Source: the human T2T-CHM13v2.0 reference genome, Homo sapiens
Assembly: GCF_009914755.1 (NCBI RefSeq)
Contig: NC_060947.1
Strand: one strand, 5' to 3'
Length of the DNA stretch: 64,000 nt
A program made the position numbers and the translations under genes. The notes beneath the pieces were generated by a model. It saw nothing but the letters and a program-made list of their open reading frames with translations, was not told the origin of the DNA and searched no databases. Of the stretch, positions 29,400 through 43,147 are shown piece by piece. How positions within the stretch are numbered: position 1 is the first letter of the stretch; every line of letters begins with the position of its first letter.

Positions 29400-30121
29400 T
29401 ACACACACACTTATTTCTAAAAGAATTAATTTTAATTACACAAGTTTATTATCTTTGGATAATCAAAAGGTAAAACATTACGTTTATGTGTAGAGCCCTT
29501 TTTACGAGCCACCACCCCAAATCCTGATTTTCTTCAAAAGGTAACCACTGTGATCACTTTGATAGGTATTTTACAGACTTTTAAGGAATTTACATATGTA
29601 TACACATATACACACAATACATGTATATGCTCACACTGGTAGGATAGTTATGTAAGAAGATAAATGGTATTTATATGTCTATATCTGTACCTTGCTTTAT
29701 GCCAACAACATGTCTTGGGGATTATTTCCCATGCTGGAATTTTAAGACCTACCTCTTTCTTTTCACTTACTGCATAGCAGTCCACAATATGGTTATACCA
29801 TAATTAATTGGCCTCTTATTTGGACATTTAGCTTGTTGCACACTTCTCAACTACAAGCCATGCAGCAATGAATTCTGTAGTGCACTTGTGCAAGTGATCA
29901 GGCAGTGGTTCTCACGGTGGCACCCAGACCAGCCGCATCTGCATCGCCTGAGAACTTGCTAGATGCAAATTCTTAGCCCTACCCTAGACTTATTGACTCA
30001 TAAACTGAGGATGGGGCCCAGCAATCTGTAGTTTAACAAGCCCTCTGGTGAATCTGATGCATTATACAATTTGAAAACCACTGGCAGGTATGTCTGTTTC
30101 TACAGACACACATGTACGGAT

Positions 30122-30720
30122 ACAGTCAGTTCTATAATGTAACATATGTGTTCTTAAACACCACTGTGCTATGCAAAAGTATGTAATAAAAGGCCTCGGG
30201 GCTTTTGAGAAAAATGAGGTTGGGGCACAACAGTTAAAAACTTCATCAGTGACACGTTAAAAACAAAAGCTGGGAGACCAATAAAAATGATAGTGCGGTT
30301 TTATACATGTTAAATGGGTAAATACACAAACGCTACAGTAAATATGGCACCTTCCCTTGAAAAGACCAGAAGTTTGCTTGTGTAAGTTGGTATTGGAGGG
30401 GTTGACCCTTGTGAGTTTTTGGGTAGTGGCGGAAGGAGGGTTACATGAAATTGGAAGGTAAGTTTTAACAGCAGATGTGGTGAGTGTGGCTCCTGCCGCA
30501 CGTGGTGAACTGAGGCAGTTGGTCATGTTGAGGTGTGTGTGTGTGTGCATTTTGGGTATTCCTATATGGCTCAGTCCATTTGGGTGCATTTTTCTGCTTT
30601 TCCCTAGCATTTCTTGTGGATAAGCAAATGCGAAATTGGAGTTATGTCCAAATTTTCCCCCAGTGTATCAATTTCCTTGGAATAAATTTGCCTTTTCAAT
30701 ACAGGTGTCACAGCTGTATG
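30122..30720. mobile_element. Probable TcMar-Tigger-type DNA transposon remnant
   Basis: Starts tacagtcagttctataatg, ends ...acagctgta; internal sequence resembles old Tigger-class repeats. Subfamily not assigned. Confidence 0.45.
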
Positions 30721-30992
30721 TATGGATGCTTATTCTTTTGCGTACATTACACAAAATAACTCCATACACTGTACTGAATGCTGTTTTTCACTTAATATTT
30801 CTTAGAGCTTTTTCCATATCGCCACATAGTTACTCGTTTTTTTTTTTAATGGCATTTAAAGCATTAAGAGATGACTAAATTGATCTCCAAAATGCTTGCA
30901 ACAACCTACACTCCCATCAACATGCTTCCTACACCTTGGCCAATATTACCTATTATCACATTTATTAACTTTTGCCAACCACTAGTTAAACG

Positions 30993-31172
30993 TCTCTCTC
31001 CTTCCTCTCCCTCCCTCTCCTCCCTCTCCTCCCTCTCCCTCTCTTCCCTCTGCTCCCTCTGCTCCCTCTGCTCCCTCTGCTCCCTCTGCTCCCTCTCCTC
31101 CCTCTCCTCCCTCTCCTCCCTCTCTCTCTCCCTCTCCCTCTCCCTCTCCTCCCTCTGTCTCCTCCCCCACCT
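30993..31172. repeat. Polypyrimidine tract built from 9-mers CTCCCTCTG/CTCCCTCTC and CT hexamers
   Basis: Direct read; produces the low-complexity SLC/EQR ORFs in the track. Confidence 0.95.
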
Positions 31173-32544
31173 CCACAGAGACATTTACACTGTGAGGAAT
31201 GCCTCCCGTAAGTACACTGATAGAAAAAGGAACTTTAAAAGTGTGAAACAGGTGGCGAGGTGGTGTTGAAATGGTAAAAAAAAAAATAAATAAATAAATA
31301 AAAATAAAAAGGAAATAAAATGGATATGAAAGAATACATAAAAACCTATTAAAAAGGCAGAAAAAAGGAATTCCCTTTCTGCTTATTTTTCACTTCTACC
31401 TTTGCTAAATACAACTTATCCACTTTATGAGATAAGATATTGAGTTGACCCTGTAGGATTCCATCTATCACTCTAGCTGGTTGACATCTCCAAAAATGCA
31501 GCTTACACTATTAATCCATTCACTTCAGCAAAACATGCCTAAGGGCATCAGGTTCTTCTGTTTATCAGTATTGGGTTCCTTGGCCCCAACAAGCTCAGCA
31601 GATACAGCTGAACAGAGTGATGTGTGGTGGCTTCAACTCTTGAGTCTGGGGCTTCTAACGGCAAAAGTGACAGACATAGAGGCTCATGCAGGTGTCAGAT
31701 GTTTTCCTGTAAAGAGGTTGGCAATGGACGTAAATGCTTCCAGCTGGGCACATTACCAGGCAGGATAAGCCATAATGATTTAATAATGAAATCACATTGG
31801 TTTATGATCATTGTTCTTATTAGGAAATATCATTGCTTTTTGATGATTTATTATGTGAAACTGAGTTTTCATATAAACACTGTGATTTGCATTTATTTGT
31901 AATATATATTTGCATATGTATATATATCTGAGTGAGAATGACTTACTAAAAGTAATCACCAAAAAAAGAGGATGGAATATTGATGTAAATATGCCACAAA
32001 TATTTAAGGAAATGTAGAAATTATGAAGATTATTATGATGTTGCCACTTCAAAATAATATTAGATGCATTTTCCTTTATGTGAAACTGACAGAGAACTAG
32101 TAGCTGGATCCATCTCTGTTTTGCAATTAGGCTTTTGCACCTAATCACAAACTACGATATTATTAATAAAATATAAAGAATATATATAAGGGTTATATAG
32201 AACCACCATTTCCCTTCTAAATTAAGGACTTGCTTTCCTGTCCTCATTTCTCCTCATGTGTTCTGACATGGAGGAGAGAGAGAAAAAAAAAAGTTAAGAA
32301 GAGGGAGGAAGAACATTTTGACTTATGAAAGAGCTTTCAGTCTCATGGGGCCTGGAACAGTTGCTCTGGAGCAGTGAAGGACACTACAGAAGGCTTCTCT
32401 CTCTCTTTTTGGTTATGATTCTTTGCTCTATCAGCTGTGATGACTTGTAAGTACAGTTCCTAGGATCAACCCAGGGTGCAAAATTTAGTGGTGAGTTGCA
32501 AGGGCAAAGCAAAGCATGTCTCCCACTCATCTGCACTCAATGTC

Positions 32545-33918
32545 AGGTACATAATTTGGGAAGCCCAGTGCAAAATAAAAATGTGGGGTCTCTTGTTCCA
32601 AAAGCAGGAAAAAATGCCATTGAGGGGGCTAAAATATAAAGCCTTGCCCTATCTTTCATGGGCTTTCTCTTTCAACTTGTCATGGTATTGTTTTATTTGC
32701 TATTCAGTGCTACTATAAGAAAAATTAAAGACGTAAGTCATTAGCATGAGTGTTACTTTTCATCTCAATATTGTGCAATGTCAGTTTTAAATGCAAACAT
32801 AAGAGCATTTAACTTGGATGTGGAATCACCAAAATTACATAGTTTGTATTTTGTAGCTTGTATGTGCGTATGTATTTTGTTCTTACCAGCATGGAGGAAA
32901 TGCTGAACAAAACTCAACTGTTTTTATTTTACTTCTTAATACATGTACATTCTACCAATACTCTCTACCTTTGGTTTACTGATGAATAAAGAAGGACTAA
33001 AAGGAAAAGAATCTATAGGTTATTGTATAAGTCTGTTCTCACACTGCTAATAAAGACATACCTGAGACTGGGTAATTTATAAAGGTAAGAGGTTTAATGG
33101 ACTTACAGTTCCACATGGCTGAGGAGGCCTCACAATTATCGTGGAAGATAAAAGAGGAGCAAAGTCATGTTTTACATGGCGGCAGGCAAGAGAGCTTGTA
33201 CAGGGGAACTCCCCTTTATAAAACCATTGGATCTCATGAGACTTATTCACTACCATGAGAACAGTATGGGGGAAACCGCGCCCATGATTCAATTATCTCC
33301 ACCTGGCCCCACCCTTGACACATGGGGACTATTACAATTCAAGGTGAGATTTGAGTGGGGACACAGCCAAACCATATAATTCACCCTTTCTCTGTCCTTT
33401 TCTGTCATCGTTTTCAGTGTAGGTGTTTGGCCAATACAGGGAAGTAACAGGTATAAGAAAGGTTATGACAGGATTCCTTGGTCATTCATGTTTCTTAGAA
33501 TGCCACTACCTTCTTTTGGTGGTTGAAGCAAATTCTGGTTTGAATGGAAAGTATGGCCTCTTAGGGCTATCAGAGCTTACTCAGTTCTAGATGTATCGTA
33601 TTTACCTTGTATTTGTTTGGCATCTCGCTGAACTCCCATGCACTATGGGCCTGATGGAGTCCTGTGCTCCTGGGGCATTGTGAATGCTGTGTGTAAATGG
33701 GGCTCCTAGGAACAACAGACACATATTGTGCACATTTTCTCTGCTCACACACACATGTTCCATTGTCCCCTCATGCTCCACTCAAAAAATACAAGTTCAA
33801 AGATAAAAATCATTAAGAATTTCAAGATAGTGGCAGGAGAAGATTAAACTAAGTGCAGGACCCTTCTCTCTGTGGGGCCTGTGTGACTACACAGGTTGCA
33901 CACCCACGAAGCCGGCCC
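32545..33918. mobile_element. MER45-type hAT-Tip100 element interrupted by a THE1 LTR
   Basis: gcccagtgcaaaataaaaatgtgggg... start; ...gtgtgactacacaggttgcacacccacgaagccggccct end. Confidence 0.6.
33024..33379 (-). mobile_element. THE1 solo LTR
   Basis: Same family as 20136-20498; ends ggggacacagccaaaccatat. Confidence 0.9.
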
Positions 33919-34238
33919 TTTCTATATCAGGCAAAGCTGCTGGACAGCCTGAAGCCTCATGAGCATGCCATGTATGAAGGAGCCCAGCTTACAGCAGGCT
34001 GGATATTGCCAATAGTGTACCAGTGCAAAATGGTTTCCCTGAAACCTTTAATACACTTACTTATTTCAAACTCAGTTGAATTGATATCATTGAGACAGCT
34101 AGATCTCTTAGAGGGCTCCCAGTGCCAGGAGGAGTGCCTTTCAGATGGGTCTTTGAAACCTCAGTGTTATAGCTAGAACCAGGTACTCATCATTGAATCA
34201 ATCTCTCTATATCTCTTAACATTTTTTCCTTCTCATAG

Positions 34239-34293
34239 GATTTCCAGCAGGAGAGCTCCAGAAGCCTTTCTTTTGGGGAACAGAATATCCTCG
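34239..34293 (+). CDS. PHEX: PHEX exon 16 (55 bp): (R)FPAGELQKPFFWGTEYP(R)
   Basis: ttttttccttctcatag|GA ... CCTCG|gtgagt. Phase matches both neighbouring exons. Confidence 0.96.
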
Positions 34294-35326
34294 GTGAGTA
34301 AATGAGTACAGAAACCAGTTACTGACCAATTAGGAAGAACATGTTGCTTTGGTAGAGGACAGAAGAAACAAAGTCAAAGGTTATTCAGCAGAAAGAAGCC
34401 ATGGAATCTGGCGTGGGTCGCCTGTACTCTTATCATTTTAGGTATTTGTTTTCTGATCCTTGTTACCAGGGTGTATGGCTGGACAGGAAAGCCATCTTAC
34501 ACATAGGTGGCTTTCATTTTTATGCATTTATTCTCTTACCCATTAACTCATACTACCAGTATTTGGACATTGAAGGATTGTTGGGATTTGAATTGATGGG
34601 ATGAGTCTAAAACCATTCCAGGTAGAAGAAACAGTGTGAGATAAGGAGGGAAAAGTGCTTCTATAATGGCAGAGTGTAGTTTGGCTAGCCCAAATGGTAT
34701 ATGAAAGGAAGTAGTGGAAAAGAAGATTGAGGTTTGATATTGGAGGGCTCTGCATGGCAAATAAGGAGCTTGGATACTAATAGGCAATAGAAAATATTGA
34801 ACTTTTTGAGCAAGTTAGTAAGATAATCGAATTTATCTTTAGAAATATAACCTGTGTAGCTACAGAATAAGTCAAAATTGGTAGTGTATGGACTTAGGGA
34901 TACCAGTTTAAAGGTCATTTTAATACCAACAGATTGTAGACTCATGTAATTCAGAATTTCCATACATAGTAGAGATTCTGATAATATTTGATGTCAATAA
35001 TATCACCATTTCTATTATATACTTTTTACTTTTGTGTTTTAATGCTTGGAAAATTTTAGTCTTGATTCTATACATTGAGTCTCTTGTGTTTTGGTTTGGA
35101 TATATGACAATTTAAAAATATGTAGGTTTAAAAGATACAGATTCCCATAAATATATCAATAAGAGAAATATGTTGGCAATGTTTTCATTTGGCCTTTGGG
35201 CTTTCCCGGTAGCAGACCTTGTGGTAAGTATTCAAGTGCAATTAGTTCTTTCGGGAGGTGGTACAAGGAAACACCAGTAGGGGAGTGGAGAATTGAGACA
35301 GTGAGGGAAATAAGCCAAATGAATTA

Positions 35327-35817
35327 TGTCCTGTGAGTCTTTTATGGCTGCCAAAATGAATTACTACAAACTTAGTGGCTTAAAATGACATAAACTTATA
35401 AGCTTATAGTTCTGTAGGTCAGAAGTCCAAACTGGTTCTCACTGGGCTAAAATCAAGTTGTCAGCAGGGCTACTTTCCTTTCTGGAAGCTCTAGAGATGA
35501 ATCTGTTTTCTTGCCTTTTCTAGTTTCTAGAGGGGGCCCACATTCCTTGGCTTATGACCTCTTCCTCCATCTTTAAAGTTCCATAGTCACATCTCCTTCT
35601 GACTCTCATCTTCTGTCTCTCCCTTCTACTTATAAGGACCCTTGTGATTACACTGGTACCATTCAGATAATTCAGGATAATCTTCCTGTTTTAAGTTCAA
35701 CTGATTAGCAACCTTAATTCCGTCTGCAGCCCCTTTACTGTGTAACATAACATATTCACAGGTTCCAAAGATTAGCAATATGGACATCTTTTGTAGGCCA
35801 TTATTCCACCTACCACA
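35327..35817 (-). mobile_element. MLT1-type LTR nested in an LTR33-like ERVL LTR (about 35195-36140)
   Basis: ctacaaacttagtggcttaaaa...ggcccacattccttggctt...cctaccaca. Host sequence agcagacc...gggaggtg resumes with gccagttatcaccatgggcaactggagc. Confidence 0.65.
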
Positions 35818-37821
35818 TGTGTGTTACAAAGCCAGTTATCACCATGGGCAACTGGAGCTCAGTCTTGCTGGGGAACTGTAAAACATGCTTCAGAGTGATC
35901 CCATCTCAGGGACATGGGAGCTGGGGTATTTATCTGTCCTCCAACTCACCTTCCATCATTGATTGAGGGCTCCTACCAGGGGTACCTGGCAGTGCCCATC
36001 CTAGGCCAAGAGGGCTCTAGTGGCTGGAGAAAGTCTTCAGGCAACTAGTTTCAGGTGCTGACATTTGAAGGCTGTCAGATTGGTGTGCTCAAAAATAGTG
36101 AGGGCTACGAGGACGTGGGCAGCCATCGATAAAGCTTACTACAGGGAAGCACCATCGTTAGAGTAAATAAAAATTGCAGGTTCTTATTTAACCAAATCCA
36201 TTAATAATATCCCAGGCCTCAGCTCCATAGTTTTCTTTGGTGTTCAGATGTTTGGACTCAATTTGCCCTGCTTTTAAGTTTAGAAATATATATATATCTA
36301 AAAAATTAAAGGTTTAGGATAAATATTCTTTAAGCTCCCTTCAAACTAAAAAAGTCCTATAATTCTTTGATTCTGCTTACTGTTAACAATTTAACTGAGC
36401 TTCTATTATTGTGGTTATATAGCTGGAGACTAGGAAATAGTCTGGTTGGATTTCTGAAGTTATTGATGAAGTAATTTGTTTATTGGGTCTGTGAGCATGT
36501 TAGTGTCTATTTGTTTGTACCTTAGGCTAGGTCATAGTTAATACTTGAGTGTGAAAGAGAGTTTTTTTTTCCTAAAGACTTGTTTGTCCTCATCCACTTA
36601 ATGAATAGCTACTACATATCATTTGGGTACTCAGCATTGGGAATATGAAGATGCTAAAGACATGGGAGTCATGGTCCAGTGAGATGGCTTCCCATATGTT
36701 CATCTAGTCTGTATTAATAAATGGATAGCCTCCAGAATCAAGGGAGTGGGTATCCTTTCTGCTCACAGTGGTCAGCTTAGTCCTCACCTGAGTGTTGAGT
36801 CTAATTATGGGGCATGAACAAGCTGAATTGTTTCCAGAAGAGAGAATCAGGACTGTAAATGGTTGAAGACAACGTTTCCCAAAGTGTGTGTTCCATGAAA
36901 TAGTAATAGAGGTAAGACATCCTCCCCTCCCTTCAGTTTTGGGGAATCATAATAATTATCACCATAAAAATTTCCTAGAAGCTCTCCAAGAAAGAAACCT
37001 ATTTAGATGTGTTTAACACAACTACCTTTTTTGTACCCATTAACCATCCCCACTTTTGACCCCAGCCCCCCACCACCCTTCCCAGGCTCTGGTAACCATC
37101 CTTCGAAATGCAGAGGTTCCCAAACTCCCCGGTGTTTTGGGAAATGCTGATCTAGAATTCATGACTGAAGAATAAGAGTTGAAAGAACTTAATAACACTT
37201 GAAGTGGAACCTCATAACTGTCTGCATATTTTTGAAGGAAAGTTAAGGTGGTAGAACGACTTATTATATTCAGGAGATTCAGCAAGTGTTCAGTTAGAGG
37301 CTACACTAGACCAATAGATGGGAGCCATAGAAAAGACATTTCAGATCAGCATTATGGAGAGCTATTACGTTTAGACCCGCCCAAAGAGGAAATGGGTTAC
37401 CTTAGAAGGGGATGAGCTCTTGGTCATTGGAAATACCCAAGCAGGGTATTATAACCATTTGAATGGGTTTTTCTAGAGGGGGCCCATTCCTCTAGTAGGA
37501 AGTTGGAGTAGATGACCTCTAAGCCATTTCCAACTCAGAAATTTTTATGAATTTATGATTCAGGCATAGGACAGCCCTTACTTGATAACAGTGTGAGATC
37601 ATGATTAAGCTAGACAGCAGTATAGTTGTTTTGTTGTTGACAGCAAATCCGGTGCATATGTTAAACCCACTGAGTAATTAGAACAAAAGAGAAACTGAGT
37701 AGGTAGTAAAAGTGGTGTCTTCTCCATTTTATTTTTGGAAGACTAGATCTTCAGTGCAAGAAATCTTCCAGTTTCTGGCCAGCCAGTCAAGGTTGCATTT
37801 TAAAAGGGCGAGTTTATTTTT

Positions 37822-38164
<343 letters not shown>

Positions 38165-39219
38165 TAATTTAAATACTCTTCATTGATAAAATAGAGGACA
38201 TGAATCTAATATTATGAAATATTATTATTGTCAGGCTTAGTCATATAAAATTACTTTTTCTTTGTCTCTTGTCCAAAGGATTGTGATTAAGTAACTGAGA
38301 ATTGAAACTTAAAATGATTCAATCATTTTCTGAATTCTCTATTGCCTTTTGCAAATAGGAAGCTTGTTGGAGCAGCCCTGCTTAAAGGACATTTATTGCA
38401 CAGCAATTTCTATAAGCTCCCATTGTTCATGCCTTCAATTCATCCAGTCAACAGCATTGACTGAGGGATGTAGAGGACCAAGTACTTATTCTCAGAGCTG
38501 AGAGACCTGGAAAAACTAAATGTTGCAATCTGCACACTGATAGCTACTGCCGCAAAAATTAACACTATGTAAAATTACAAATTTGTCCCACACTGCTATG
38601 ATAGCTCTATGATTGAAATGAATAATTTCACTCTTACTTCTTTAATGAAGGTTTGCAATGATGGAAAAACAGTAGGAAGCATTTTTTCAAATGCAAATTA
38701 CCTTACAGGAAAGAAATAACAAAGGAAAGCATTGCCACCAAGGGGAAAAATTAAATCTTACACCACTTCCTTGGGTGTAGTTGAGACAAACAGTTAGCAT
38801 GGTAAGGATCATTTATGTCCTGTAATAACATATTACTTTAAAAATTTCCATTCCTTCCAGTTATGGGTCCTATCTATTTGCTGGGTGACTTTGATGTTGC
38901 ATGTCAGGAACTAACTGTGAGATATTTTTAGCATAATTGCAAATCTCATGAAGAATCTTCACAATAAGGATTCTAAGTGGTGTGTAATTCTCATCCACAG
39001 GTTGAATGACTAAATTAAGATACATACAGATCTGTCACTTGCATGAGATGGTAAAGTTAACTAATCAGTTAAATCATTGTTACTTTCTTACGCTGTACAA
39101 GGCATAGAGGATGTAGCAATGAACAAGTAGATAAGAGAGTGGCCTCAATAGAACTTACATTTGAGAGAGAAAATCCCAGACATACATATGGAAACCCCAT
39201 TATTGATTTCTTCATATAT

Positions 39220-39762
39220 TCTTAATATGCTTTGCTATGTAACAAAGCACCACCAAGCAACCATTTATTAGCTCATGATTCTGTAATTTGGGCAGGACTG
39301 AGCTGAGACAGCTGCTCTGTATGGTGCTGGCCGGGGTCGCTCAACTAGGGCTGGACTCACAGACAGGTGAGTGAAGGCGACCTCACTCACCTGTCTGTGC
39401 CCCAGTTGGGCTGGCTCTCGTGGCTGGGGCATGGCAGGGCCTCTCTCTCTTCCTTTGGAGTCTCTCAACTTCTGGGGTTTCTCGCTTCTTCATTTGGCCT
39501 CATTCCCTCTAGCTGTGTAGTTGAACTTCTTTGCAAGTGACTTCCAAGAAGGTGGAAAATGGAAGCTACTAAGTTTCTTAAGGCCTAGACCCAGAAGTCA
39601 TACCTGACCCCTTCCACTGCATTCTGTTGGTCATAGCAAGTCCCAAGGCCAGTCCAAATTTAAGAAGAGGGAAATAGATTGTCTCTTGATGGGAGGAGGG
39701 GCTATGTGCATTCAGGGGTAGGGAGAATTGTTGGTGTCCCCTTTTATAGATAATCTACCACA
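39220..39762 (-). mobile_element. Old MLT1-type LTR
   Basis: ttgctatgtaacaaagcaccacc...ccactgcattctgttggtcatagcaagtcccaaggccag...aatctaccaca. Confidence 0.6.
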
Positions 39763-40362
39763 TGCTTCTTCAGAGGTGAAGAGAAATAATGTGGCACCTT
39801 TTTCAAATCTTTGCTATTCAGTTGCTATCTTGTCTACAACAGAAAGAGGAACGTGACTACCTTTGAAAATAGAGTGATCCCTTTTAATCTCTACTCTATT
39901 CCTTTTTTTATGACTACATTTGGAAAACAATTTAACTTCTAAGACTATAGTGACTTTTCAACAAGTTTCCAGATAAAATATACATGATATATTTACTGAC
40001 AGGATCTTTTCAAGCCCTGTTCTAGGTGTTCATAAATATATAGCTATAGCAGATAAAAAAATCATAGCAATCTTAAGGCTGAAAGGGACTTTAGAAATCA
40101 TCTCTTTCACATCCCTAATTTCAGAGAGTAGGGCACTAAGGTTCATATGTGGTAATAATGACAATGTTTGTTAGAATTTATATTTTCTTTGTCTATTTCA
40201 ATTGGAAGGTATGTTTAGATTTTTTACAGCTTTATGGGTATGGTTATTCGATTGTTATTACCATGGTTACTAGAAAGCAGTTTATCTTGGCTTTCCATTG
40301 AAAAAATTAAAGGATTATGCTCTGAGATTCATGCTTGTAATTGTCTCCAAATTATGTATTAA

Positions 40363-40458
<96 letters not shown>

Positions 40459-40912
40459 TAAGCTGCTGCTTTTATAATAATGTTGACTATATGGATGTTA
40501 ATTGTTATGATTATCTTTGCATAGCAGCAGCATCATAGCTTGAAGATTATCCAAAGCAATATGATTGCTGATTGAAAACTTTTCACCGTGTCTTGCTGTG
40601 ATGGCTTGCAATAAGTAAACAATTGTTCCCATTGGTGATCGGGGTAGACTTTAAAAGGCAGCCTTGTAATTTCAATAAAATTAGCTTTGCATTTAGATCA
40701 GGATTGCTGTAGCTGCCACAATAGTTACAGAGATTGATTTATAGCTTCTCCCTTTGTCATTTATTCATTGTCTTGAGATATTCTCCCTGGAGGAGCAAGC
40801 TCTGCTCCAACGATGATTATACATGCTGCCAAGTTAGGACTCGTTGAGTTAGGACTCTGGAGCTTGGCTGACTGGTTCCCTTTTACGATTTCGAAGATTA
40901 TGCAATGCTTAA

Positions 40913-41251
<339 letters not shown>

Positions 41252-41725
41252 TATTCTGATTATTTTAAAGTCTATACTTTCCTGATAATTTATATAATAG
41301 GATATGCTTTGTATCCCGATGACATTTAAGCAAAAAGAAAAAGCAGAATATGACATAAACTAAAGAAATGGCTTCCTTTGAGAGTCCTCATCATCATTAA
41401 TCAGCACTCTTTTCTCCTTTAACTTTGGAGTATTATCGGAAGGCCACATGAAATCTCTGAAACTTACGGATTAGTAGCAAATTACTATCACATCCATACC
41501 CACACAGTGATTTACAGGCAGTCTCAGGAACCAGCTGCCCTAAGGCAACGTTATATAGAAGGGGACCTCTTTCTTCCATCCCTGTAGTATCTCCAACATC
41601 CTTCCTGGATGCCTACCCCAGGGCCAGAGACACTTAGGCTCTTCTAGAAAAGTCTTCCTGTACTCCCACCAGCCCTTCCTTAATCACCTAGATTTTTTGC
41701 TCCCCTGGTCTTCCCTTCTCTGTTA

Positions 41726-41771
41726 AAATGTGGCTGACTTGTAGTTATAAATGTGGCTGACTTGTAGTTAT
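41726..41771. repeat. Perfect 23-bp tandem duplication (AAATGTGGCTGACTTGTAGTTAT)x2
   Basis: Direct read. Confidence 0.95.
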
Positions 41772-42880
41772 CTGACTCTGCAGAGCTAGACTTTCTGCCT
41801 TTGGGTGTTTGGTTTATCTGAGATGAGAGTCTTAGCTAAGAAAAAAAAAAGCTAATAGTCCTTTCTTCGTTCTGGACCTCTCTTGATAGGAAATTTAAGT
41901 ACAGTTCCTCCCCAGAACCTTCTGGAGTCTTTCTCAAAGGACTGAATCTAATGGTGGCAATTTCACTCTGTAACCAATGCTTAGAACAGTGCATTGCACA
42001 TATAAGTACATGCCCGGTACCTATTTAATGATTGGTTGGTTAGTGGGTAGAGGACAGTGACTCCATACTATCCCAGGGGGTGGTGTTAGTAGTATGTAGC
42101 CTTGCTGAAGAGTTTTGGATTGTTCCAATTAACAACTTTACTTACGGGACTTTTTTGTAAGCTCTCTGTATAATTAAATTTAAACGATGCCTCTGATTCT
42201 CATAGTAACCCTGAATATAGAAGACAGTCTAGCAGCATCCAAATTTTGTTTCAAAGGCTGTAGAGAAAATGAAGAGTGAGCACATAGCAAGAAAGCATGT
42301 GTAATCTTTCTTCCCATTGTGTTTTGGAGATTTTCATTCTTATTCCAAGTTTTCTTTTTAGAGCAATCTTCCCTGTCTAAGCAGGACAGATGGGCCTTCC
42401 GTCCACACTAGTGGCTGTGGAATGAATCATAACAGAGGTTTTATGTGTCTTTCAGCTCCTGGCAACTTGGAGGAAACAGGTTCCTATAGGGCTGAGTCAG
42501 GGTCTATGATCGCACAGTATGGATGACTCACTGGGGCTATTCCTATGGATCATTTGGAATTTCACTGGTAGTAATGCTCTGATTGCCTCCATGGGCTTTC
42601 TGAATGAAGCCATTTTATTTCATAATCCAGTGAACACTTTGGGTCAAATCAGGTGAAGACACAGAATCCAAGATTGAATAAGACTAGTATATGTAATAAA
42701 TTGATGAATCTCATTTTTAAGGTGCTCTTTGTTCCTTAGAAGGAAAGAACTTCCTCAATTGTCTTTATCCTTTTTGCCCTTTTTACAATTAACCTGTGAC
42801 ATTGGAGAGAATGCAGGAGCTGATCTCAGGAAGAGTGTTCCCTGCTGTTATGACTGCTTTTTGAAGGCTTGTCGAGGTGA

Positions 42881-43147
<267 letters not shown>

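Noticed and set aside
30871-31269. 132-aa ORF and opposite-strand ERE/GAE-rich ORFs
   Set aside because: Open only because the 9-mer CT repeat lacks stop codons; no splice or homology support.
30993-31320. SVA element (CCCTCT-like head plus A-tail)
   Set aside because: No Alu-like, GC-rich VNTR or SINE-R sequence, and no TSD.
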